A DNA stretch of 64,000 nucleotides from an uncultured Bacillota bacterium. GTDB taxonomy: Bacteria; Bacillota_I; Bacilli_A; RFN20; CAG-826. Below are positions 27,735 to 35,907 of this stretch, piece by piece. The stretch's first letter is position 1. Every line of letters starts with the position of its first letter. The stretch spans positions 949,644-1,013,643 of the forward strand of contig OX437086.1 in the NCBI GenBank assembly GCA_949299565.1, written 5' to 3'. The translations under genes were made by a program, and so were the position numbers. Under the pieces are notes generated by a model, which saw nothing but the letters and a program-made list of their open reading frames with translations, was not told where the DNA came from and ran no database searches.

Positions 27735-29416
27735 GCATTCGAAGCGAAAGTCGAAAAAGCTTTTCCACTTCTTTTGCTAATCTTTATCAACGTTTTTTGA
27801 ATTGGAAGTTCCACCGCCTTGTTCTCGGCTTTCTTTATTTCCTGTTGCTTTACGCCCTCTATTTCATTTTTGCTTATCAGGAAGGTCTATATCACGAGAG
27901 CCAATATTACGGCTTCAACTCCTTTGCTTCTGAAATTGTTTTTTCATTGCTTATTGCCGTATTTGCCGTTTCGCTAGTTGTTTCGTGGTTTGTTCTCAAG
28001 AGAAAAAAACGATTGAAATTAGAGACTATCTCTTTTCATTTAGTCTTAATATCTATGTCAATCGTCGTTCTTTTTTCTTATTTTCGTTTCATGAACACGA
28101 ACTCATTCAAACATGATTATGCTTTGTTTTCCGAAGGCGGGCACTGGGCGATTATCTATGATATTTATAATGACGGAGTTTGGCCGCCGGTAAATTTAGA
28201 TAATCAATACTATCAACCAAAAATTTGGCATACGATCATTGCCTCTTTCATGCGCTTCAATTCCTTGTTCCTTCCAGTTCCGATCAATAATTCTATTATT
28301 CCAAATCTAGCGGATAATTTGCGTTTTTCCCTCTACACTTTCCGTGAATATCAATTATTGGAAACGTCTAGAATTCTCATTGCTTTTTATGGTTCTTTGA
28401 CAATTTATTTTATCTACAAAATCTTTTATGAACTTGGATTTCGCGAACGGCCGTTGCTTATAATTTCTCTTCTTTTGTCTTTCACGCCGATTTTTTGGTA
28501 TATGCCATACTATGGCAATAACGATTCGCTTTCATTTTTCTTCGGCGTCTTAGCCCTCTATTTTGCCGTTCGTTATCGCAACAAAAAATCCTTTCTTGAT
28601 ATTGTTTTGACCGGATTTTTTCTTGGACTGAGCATGGCGACAAAATTAAATAATGCGATTATCGCCTTACCGATTGCATTTATCTTCCTCTTGGAACTAA
28701 TCGAGGTCATAAAAGAGAGAAAAAACATTGGACGCTTTATTGGCCAAATCTTTCTTTTTGCCGTCATTGTTTTTCCGGTTGGACTGGCAGTCCCTCTCTA
28801 TAACAACATCGTCTATGGGGAACCTTTCGGTTATGTTTTAAATCTTGAGGCTGATGGCAATTGGAATTTCATGCATATCGATAGCAACGTCTATAATCCC
28901 TTGATGCGCTTTTTGCTTTTCCCGACTCCTGATGCCTTCTTCTCGATTTTTAACCTCCGTTATCATCAAAGTAGCGGCTTTTGGCAAGATGGAATATATA
29001 TGTATAACTCGGTTTGGGGCGAGCAGGATTTCAATGTTTGGACAGCTTTTTTAAAAACAACGCTTTGGGGCGAATCTAGTTATGCCGTCAATGACTCCGT
29101 CTATTTTTTGATGTGCATATTCTATGGAATTGCTTTTTTGGTTGGCCTGCTTTTTGTCATTTCTCTTTTAACATTAACAATTTATTACCTCCTCAATCGT
29201 CATAATGGAGAAGAAGGTTTCCGTCACGCTTTCTTTTTAATTGTTTTCTTTGTAAGCGCCCTGTCTTATTGCTATTTCTCTTACAAATACCCGGTCGGCT
29301 GTTCGATGAACGCTCGTTATGCTTCGTATCTCTATATTCCGATTTATGGTTGCACATCCGTTCTCATCGATAAAACGGCAAATTCTTTTGCGAAAAGAAA
29401 GATTGTGCGTTCATGA
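27731..29416 (+). CDS. GT-C (ArnT/PMT-like) polytopic glycosyltransferase
   Basis: More than 10 TM segments; YYQP, GNNDSL, GL..ATK and NARY motifs; ATGA overlap with the upstream gene. Confidence 0.75.
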   Translation: MSIRSESRKSFSTSFANLYQRFLNWKFHRLVLGFLYFLLLYALYFIFAYQEGLYHESQYYGFNSFASEIVFSLLIAVFAVSLVVSWFVLKRKKRLKLETISFHLVLISMSIVVLFSYFRFMNTNSFKHDYALFSEGGHWAIIYDIYNDGVWPPVNLDNQYYQPKIWHTIIASFMRFNSLFLPVPINNSIIPNLADNLRFSLYTFREYQLLETSRILIAFYGSLTIYFIYKIFYELGFRERPLLIISLLLSFTPIFWYMPYYGNNDSLSFFFGVLALYFAVRYRNKKSFLDIVLTGFFLGLSMATKLNNAIIALPIAFIFLLELIEVIKERKNIGRFIGQIFLFAVIVFPVGLAVPLYNNIVYGEPFGYVLNLEADGNWNFMHIDSNVYNPLMRFLLFPTPDAFFSIFNLRYHQSSGFWQDGIYMYNSVWGEQDFNVWTAFLKTTLWGESSYAVNDSVYFLMCIFYGIAFLVGLLFVISLLTLTIYYLLNRHNGEEGFRHAFFLIVFFVSALSYCYFSYKYPVGCSMNARYASYLYIPIYGCTSVLIDKTANSFAKRKIVRS

Positions 29417-29808
29417 TAAAGCCGCTTTTTGCCTATCATCCGGACGAAACCTTTCAAAAACTTATAAAAGGACTGCTTCCGACCTTTTCTTTCGATGATA
29501 AAGAAAATCATTTTTATATGTTTCTTTTAAAAGATGAAGATCCTATTTCATTTATCATGGCCACAAAAAACGGACCGATAAATTATTTACTAGAGCTAAT
29601 CTATGTGAAAGAAGAATATCGTAGACTTAAAATCGGCCACTACTCCATTGAATTCTTAATTGCCAAGTTACGTTCATCAGGAATTTTTTATCTCAGCGTT
29701 TATAGCAGCGAAAAACTTCTCCCCTTCTATAAAAAGAGCCATTTTCGTATTGTTGAAAAAAATGACGATATATACCTATTAGTCAGAAATCTATATAAGG
29801 GTCATTGA
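29413..29808 (+). CDS. GNAT-family acetyltransferase
   Basis: IYVKEEYRRLKIG and FYKKSHF motifs. Confidence 0.75.
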   Translation: MIKPLFAYHPDETFQKLIKGLLPTFSFDDKENHFYMFLLKDEDPISFIMATKNGPINYLLELIYVKEEYRRLKIGHYSIEFLIAKLRSSGIFYLSVYSSEKLLPFYKKSHFRIVEKNDDIYLLVRNLYKGH

Positions 29809-31181
29809 TGTTTTTCAACGACAAAACGATAGATGTCGTAATCCTCATCAAAATCGATGCCTGCTTTTTTTCTAGCTACATCGATTTGTTCATCGATATG
29901 GTGAATATCGGCTAAATTCGGAAGCAAAAGGCCGTGCCGCGAACCTTTTTGAATAATGATTCCGTATTTCTCTGGATCTAAATCATCTAAATTTTCAACC
30001 TGTTCGGGAATAGAAAGAAAGTCGAGAGTGACTTTGATATATGGCAATTCATCTTTTCTCAGAGGAGGAAAGCGCGGGTCGAAGCTAGCAGATGAGATGG
30101 CATTCGCGACAATTTCTTCGCCCAGAGTATTTTTTAACGGGGTACTAGTTCCAATGCATCCACGAATTGAGCCATTTTCCTCAATCGTCACAAAAACCCC
30201 GCGACTCGGGCCCCAAAAGACAAAATCTTCAGGAACTGCAATGATTTTTTGTGAAGTAACATATGTCTCAATTGCTGCATAGGCCAGCGCGACGAATTTA
30301 TCATTATGCTTTTTCTCTTCATTGAGATTGAGGCGTTGCTTTCTAAGATATAGTTCATAAAATGAACGGCTTTGATTCTTGCCTAAAGGCTTGAAACTCA
30401 TAGCAGCGTAACCAACGCCATGATAACTTTCATAAGCCAATAATTCTGGTTCAACATCTTGACAATCAAACGCGCCACACAAAACCGTTGTCGCCTTATG
30501 GGCGCACTGCTTAACAAGAGTGAGTTCATCGCGGCTATAGTCGAGGAGATTTCCAAAATTTCCAGCCTTTAAATCGCTAAGAAATTGTTCATCATACCTT
30601 TTACCTTGCGGATTATATCCATAAGAACTTTCATTGCTTTCAACATGTGAAAGATCGCCGGTTGCAATAATAACAGCCTTGCGTCCCATCTCTTCAATCG
30701 TTTTATTGATATAGATTCCCAACCGATAATGATCCAATAAAGAAAGACCGCTCAATCCAATGCGGACAAGCTGGTAATCGCGATAAAGGCGATTGATAAA
30801 GAAGAGCGGAACCATTGTGCCGTGATCTAGAAAGCCTAGTTGATTCCCCTCCACTCCAGCCGGCAAATTGTTTGATAATGAGCAAAAGCTCAATCGTCTA
30901 ACGAATTCCTTATCGTAAAAGACACGGAAGGTGATATTTGGCGCGCCATAATCTTTCATTGAGCCTAAGCCAACTTCACCATCGCTTATCTGGAAATAAT
31001 CAGAAAAAGCGGAAGCGTGAGAAGAAAGAACGATAATAGTCTCTGGCTTTAATTCCGCGATTTCCTCAGCTACTTTCGAATAGCTTTTGCGAATTGCTGA
31101 AAGTGCATGAGCATCTTTAGTTTCTTCAGCAGCAACTACTTCTGGCGGATGTGGAAGTAAATAGGCACGTAAAAGGCTCAT
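29802..31181 (-). CDS. LigB/Memo-like plus AMMECR1 (AmmeMemoRadiSam protein A) fusion
   Basis: N-terminal PHPP, LDHG and GDLSH; C-terminal GVFVTI, RGCIGT, DPRFPP and GLLLP. Confidence 0.85.
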   Translation of the reverse strand: MSLLRAYLLPHPPEVVAAEETKDAHALSAIRKSYSKVAEEIAELKPETIIVLSSHASAFSDYFQISDGEVGLGSMKDYGAPNITFRVFYDKEFVRRLSFCSLSNNLPAGVEGNQLGFLDHGTMVPLFFINRLYRDYQLVRIGLSGLSLLDHYRLGIYINKTIEEMGRKAVIIATGDLSHVESNESSYGYNPQGKRYDEQFLSDLKAGNFGNLLDYSRDELTLVKQCAHKATTVLCGAFDCQDVEPELLAYESYHGVGYAAMSFKPLGKNQSRSFYELYLRKQRLNLNEEKKHNDKFVALAYAAIETYVTSQKIIAVPEDFVFWGPSRGVFVTIEENGSIRGCIGTSTPLKNTLGEEIVANAISSASFDPRFPPLRKDELPYIKVTLDFLSIPEQVENLDDLDPEKYGIIIQKGSRHGLLLPNLADIHHIDEQIDVARKKAGIDFDEDYDIYRFVVEKHQ

Positions 31182-31231
31182 GATTTATAGATTTTAGTGC
31201 TTGTGAGTTGAAATAGCGAGAATGATTATTC

Positions 31232-32278
31232 CTAACAGCAACCATCGTCAATGAATTCATTGAATGTAAGGTGCGAATCATGGCAAGAAATCATCGGCAG
31301 TTCATCCATTGTAACCAATCCGCAATGCGCATTTATCACATCGGGAATTCGATTAACAATTGTCGCGCATGTATGTTCGACGGTTTTTGGTTTCACAACA
31401 TGGAATTCAACATCAGGCTCTCCGATAATTTTCCAGTCGCACATATCTCCGTCGTTCGGTCCATAGACTTTACCGATGCAACTAGTTTCGATGATTGGCC
31501 CTTCTAGCGTTTCGGTCGTCACGACCGCCGCCATCCCAATGCAATTGCCTTTTTTGATCACCTTATTAATTGTTTTTGATTCAAGATCACCATCATAAAA
31601 ATAAGGAACGCATTTTTGCGTGTTGCATTTAACATGCCATCCCATGCGAGCTGCCAAAGCCTCGTTCGAATTCCAAACATAGGACGGAACAATGTCTTTA
31701 GGATGAGCAATATCACGCTCAAACTCTTCGGGTGTGAGATCGACGCCATGCGCCTTGGCCAAGGCTAGACCATAATCTTCAACATTGTAAGAGACTGCAC
31801 CTTCAATCTTCTTAATGTAGTGACAAGAACCTGCCACTTGCGCCACCATATTGACCCAGAAAGTGTCTTCCATTCCGCTTCCATAGAACGAGCAACAATT
31901 ACTAGTTGCAGCTTCGTTTAATTCAACCGCCAATTTTGGCGAAGTAGTCCAGCAATAGGTAGCTTCTTCACAGGTTGTGATTACATTGATTCCGCGCGTT
32001 AGGCAGCGCATAAAGTGTGGGAAGCAATCGGCGATAGTGCTAAAAAGCGTAACAACAGCAATGTCTGGTTTTGTTTCATCCAAAACAGCATCCGCGTCCT
32101 TAGAAATCTTAACTCCTAATTCATAGGGCAATCCCGCGATAGTTCCGATATCCTTGCCAACTAAATCAGGATTCGTGTCAATGGCACCAACGATTAATGC
32201 TCCCCTTTCATGAAGATAACGAACGATGTAACGAGCCATCTTGCCACATCCATATTGAACAACGCGAATTTGTCTCAT
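31232..32278 (-). CDS. Native amine dehydrogenase / 2,4-diaminopentanoate dehydrogenase family protein
   Basis: GCGKMA Rossmann motif; [29 protein letters not shown] and [10 protein letters not shown]. Confidence 0.8.
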   Translation of the reverse strand: MRQIRVVQYGCGKMARYIVRYLHERGALIVGAIDTNPDLVGKDIGTIAGLPYELGVKISKDADAVLDETKPDIAVVTLFSTIADCFPHFMRCLTRGINVITTCEEATYCWTTSPKLAVELNEAATSNCCSFYGSGMEDTFWVNMVAQVAGSCHYIKKIEGAVSYNVEDYGLALAKAHGVDLTPEEFERDIAHPKDIVPSYVWNSNEALAARMGWHVKCNTQKCVPYFYDGDLESKTINKVIKKGNCIGMAAVVTTETLEGPIIETSCIGKVYGPNDGDMCDWKIIGEPDVEFHVVKPKTVEHTCATIVNRIPDVINAHCGLVTMDELPMISCHDSHLTFNEFIDDGCC

Positions 32279-32382
32279 GCTATAAACCTTCCGATTAAAT
32301 AAAAACTATTTTTATTTAAGCAAGGAACCTTTTTAAAAACAATCGATAAAGCCACCACAAGAATAAGAAAACACATAAAAAA

Positions 32383-32406
32383 CGATTCATGAACAACCAT
32401 GAATCG
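32383..32406 (-). terminator. Terminator of tRNA-Leu(CAA)
   Basis: CGATTCATG-6 nt-CATGAATCG followed by a T-run. Confidence 0.75.
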
Positions 32407-32424
32407 ACTTTAAGAACATTGATA

Positions 32425-32508
32425 TGGTGCCCGTGGCCAGACTCGAACTGGCATGGGTTTCCCCGATGGATTTTGAGTCCATTGCGTCTACCATTTCACC
32501 ACACGGGC
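32425..32508 (-). tRNA. tRNA-Leu(CAA)
   Basis: 84-nt class II tRNA; ATGGA-CTCAAAA-TCCAT and a long variable arm. Confidence 0.93.
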
Positions 32509-32533
32509 GCTTGTGTGATTATACGATGCTCTA

Positions 32534-33043
32534 TTAACTTTTGAAAGAGAAATCACCAATGATGATTTTTAAGTCGTCTATGTTCACGCGACATTTGTTG
32601 CGACACCACGAATGAATAATGCCGAAAATATGATAATAGATTCCGATTTTATCTAAATCTTCCAATTTTGCGCGTCTTCTCCCACCTAACGCAGAAAAAA
32701 GAGGAAGAATCTTCGAAATGAATTGGGAAAATGATAAAGAAAGAATGACATCGGTCACCTCCATTCTTTCTTTTACAAAATTTAAAAAAGGATCAAGATT
32801 TTGAATGCTCATATCGTTAAAAATTCCCAAAGTTAAAAGTTCAGAAATAAAGTCATCCTCTAAAGCTCTACATACTTGCTGAACATTCTGGTAATGAAGA
32901 TAGAAAGTCGATTTATTAATATCAGCAATTTCAATTATTTCGTTGACATCAGGAAAAGAAAAATCACGCTTAATCGTTGCTAGAACAAACGCCTTTTTAA
33001 TGACGGCTTCGGTTTTGCGGTATCTTCTATCTTTTAGTGGCAT
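32534..33043 (-). CDS. TetR/AcrR-family regulator
   Basis: DRRYRKT...ADINKSTFYLHY; promoter TAGACA-17-TAGATT. Confidence 0.85.
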   Translation of the reverse strand: MPLKDRRYRKTEAVIKKAFVLATIKRDFSFPDVNEIIEIADINKSTFYLHYQNVQQVCRALEDDFISELLTLGIFNDMSIQNLDPFLNFVKERMEVTDVILSLSFSQFISKILPLFSALGGRRRAKLEDLDKIGIYYHIFGIIHSWCRNKCRVNIDDLKIIIGDFSFKS

Positions 33044-33154
33044 ATCTAGTAATAATCTACTTTTTTAATAAACTTTTGTCTATTAATAGATTATTTTATA
33101 TATACTTTTTTTACAAAAAGCAGTTATTCCGCGTTATTCTTATTCTTCTTAATT

Positions 33155-35650
33155 TTAGTAATTAACCATGGTTATCAACGAATCGCAGGACGCCACGTCA
33201 ACCTCGAACTCGAGAATATTTGAATCTCTAGACGCACCATCAAAGGCAAATAAAGGAGAATTCTTGTCTATTAAATATTTTTGACTAATAACTTCTTTCC
33301 CATTAATCGTGCATTCTTTTATATGAATATCGCCAGTTTCATGAAAGCGGAAATGTAGTTTCTTTATTTTTGGTAAATCTTTTTCACACGTATGAATATT
33401 TGATACTTTGATCACCGCATGACTTTGATAACACTCAATTGACGCCTTATATTCGTTATATTCGCCATCAAGAAAATTCATCGTTTCGCCATCATCAAAA
33501 TATAGGCTAGTCTGATCGTTGCCGTTCGTTGATAAATAGATGTCCAAGCAAACATCATCTTGCCTAATATCTTTCGTGTTGTTCCTATCTTTCCATAAAG
33601 GAACGATGGCTGGCAATTTGATAAAAAGCGGAAATTTATCGACTGGATATTTTTTATTCAGGGTTTGGTTTCCGTCATAAGTCTTGCCATCAAAAAGCGA
33701 TAAAAATTCGCCATGTGGCAAATATGTAGAAGCCGAATCTCTCGTTTCATTCACATTGCGAATCGAGACTTTGAGACCAGCGCCCATCGAACCTTGGAAA
33801 TATTCAATATATAAATCATGAATTTCTCCTTCATGAAGAATTGCAACTTCATCGTAAGTAAAACCGCGATTAAACCAAGCATCAACAACTAATTTTCCAT
33901 CCAAATAAACACGAACTCCATCGTCTGAACCAATCATCAATTTGACGTCTTTGTCTGCGCATATTTTCGTTTTGAAAGTCGCCGAATAATTTTCTTTTTT
34001 AAAGCCCCGCAAAGGCGCTTTTTTTGACCAATCAAAGTCAATCTTCTTATATCTTCTTTGAACAAAATTTCCTTTTAAATTGCAGTTTTCATAGAACTTA
34101 GCAACTACTGCTGTCTTAAAGAAACTTTCTGGAGCAGTTCTCGTTGTATCGACAGGTATCACAGAACCGAATAAAATCTTGTCCCCAAGGAAAGCCTCAT
34201 TCATCGGAACGGTTTCCATAGAATTTTCGTAGTAGTCGAGACTGCGAATTAAAGAAATTCCGTTCTCATAATTTTCATGAGCTAAAGCATAAAAATATGG
34301 AAGAAGCCTATAACGCATCTTCAATAAATCGCGCGTTATTTTTAATGCCTCCTCTCCATATAGCCATGGCTCGCGATATCGTTTTAATCCTTTTGTCGCA
34401 TGAAAACGGAAAATAGGCGAAAGAGCGCCATATTGCATCCAACGAACATAAAGATCATCATCCCCATCCCCGAAATGACCCGATAAGTCACTCGACATAT
34501 AAGGGATGTTGTTGTTTGCGCATTTGATCATGTCGGCAAATTCCTGCTCTAAAAATTCACGGTCCATTTTCGTATCGCCAGTCCATTGAATGCTATAAAG
34601 GTGAGAAGCGCTATTGCTGATGCCTAAATAGGTTCCATTATGAATATTGTCGACATTTCCCATGATTAATGGTCGCCGATTTCCTTTTTTCTTGTAATAT
34701 TGGGACGTAACATCCTGATATATATACATGCCCATTGTTTCTGGTGATAATCCTTTGGAAGGACTTAAAAGGCGTGTCCACCAATTCCGGTCATACCACC
34801 AGTAATCCAAACCCATTTTCAAAAGTTTAAGAAGGTTTTTGCGACGATATTTTACTTCTTTTATGTCAAATGCAGAGGCAGCACCATTTACAGGCTCTGG
34901 GTGATCGTTGAAAGTTACAGATAAATTCATCGAATGGAGACGCGCAAAAGTTTCACGCAAATCTGGAAAATCTTTTGTGTTGATCGTGTAACCTGAGCCG
35001 CCGCGACCATGCGGTTTCCGCCAATCAGTGTCTACAACAAAATTATCAAGCGGTATATCGTATTCCTCAAACCGTTTGATTTCAGATAAAATGCTCTCAT
35101 CGTTATATTCAAAGTATTTTGAATCCCAGACACCAAATGCCGCTAAAGGCGGAAACAGAGAACGCCCACAAACGCTTACGAACTGTTGACGAAGAAGCGC
35201 TGGATCTTTCTTACTGAGAAACAAATAAAGAGTATAGCCTGACTCATCAATCTCTAGATGTTTTATATCAGCTGCTCTATAGTGTTTTGGAAGATAAATA
35301 CGCGGATGATCTAAAAGAGGAAATATATTTGGAGTTTTTGATGGAAATGGAAGTTCACCGCTATTTTTTCTGATATTTTTGTGACTATATACTTCCTCTC
35401 CGTTCAAATTTATTTTTAAATTTTTGAGATCATGCGAGTGTTGCGGCAGCGTCATCTCATAGTCCTTGAACTGAATATGAACTACTCCTTCGCGCACAGA
35501 CGAATGAAACTTTTGATTTTTTAATGATGAAGCGGCTGAGCAAAACAGAGTAGCGCGTTCATCAAAACAGCGATGGCTACGCTTTTCTATTCGTATAATA
35601 TCCCCTTCTTTAAAATTGATTTTAAAAGAACCTACAACTATATATTCCAT
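33155..35650 (-). CDS. GH31 glycoside hydrolase with PA14 domain
   Basis: VVDTDW, YWWYDRNW nucleophile region, WTGD, RYRLLPY; PA14 SDDGVRVYLDG...IEYFQ. Confidence 0.85.
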   Translation of the reverse strand: MEYIVVGSFKINFKEGDIIRIEKRSHRCFDERATLFCSAASSLKNQKFHSSVREGVVHIQFKDYEMTLPQHSHDLKNLKINLNGEEVYSHKNIRKNSGELPFPSKTPNIFPLLDHPRIYLPKHYRAADIKHLEIDESGYTLYLFLSKKDPALLRQQFVSVCGRSLFPPLAAFGVWDSKYFEYNDESILSEIKRFEEYDIPLDNFVVDTDWRKPHGRGGSGYTINTKDFPDLRETFARLHSMNLSVTFNDHPEPVNGAASAFDIKEVKYRRKNLLKLLKMGLDYWWYDRNWWTRLLSPSKGLSPETMGMYIYQDVTSQYYKKKGNRRPLIMGNVDNIHNGTYLGISNSASHLYSIQWTGDTKMDREFLEQEFADMIKCANNNIPYMSSDLSGHFGDGDDDLYVRWMQYGALSPIFRFHATKGLKRYREPWLYGEEALKITRDLLKMRYRLLPYFYALAHENYENGISLIRSLDYYENSMETVPMNEAFLGDKILFGSVIPVDTTRTAPESFFKTAVVAKFYENCNLKGNFVQRRYKKIDFDWSKKAPLRGFKKENYSATFKTKICADKDVKLMIGSDDGVRVYLDGKLVVDAWFNRGFTYDEVAILHEGEIHDLYIEYFQGSMGAGLKVSIRNVNETRDSASTYLPHGEFLSLFDGKTYDGNQTLNKKYPVDKFPLFIKLPAIVPLWKDRNNTKDIRQDDVCLDIYLSTNGNDQTSLYFDDGETMNFLDGEYNEYKASIECYQSHAVIKVSNIHTCEKDLPKIKKLHFRFHETGDIHIKECTINGKEVISQKYLIDKNSPLFAFDGASRDSNILEFEVDVASCDSLITMVNY

Positions 35651-35907
35651 AAAACTTCCAGTTACATTACACAACGGCATTCTATCACATTTGAAGAATC
35701 ATAAAACAAATCTTTGTCATTTAATTATTGCTGAAACATAAAATTTTATCTATAAAACGAAAATTGCGTCGATATAAATTTTTTGTCCAAAATTTAAAAT
35801 AAAATTTCTCACAAAAAATGATGGGCAAAATTTTAAAATTCTCATTGAAAATAACACTCACATTGAGATATTTGAAACATGAAAACTTTGGAAAGGATTT
35901 ATGTTTC

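Noticed and set aside
32500-32540. att-like direct repeat of the tRNA-Arg(CCG) 3' end bounding the GH31/BspA block
   Set aside because: No matching direct repeat was found at the distal boundary, so no integrative element is called.
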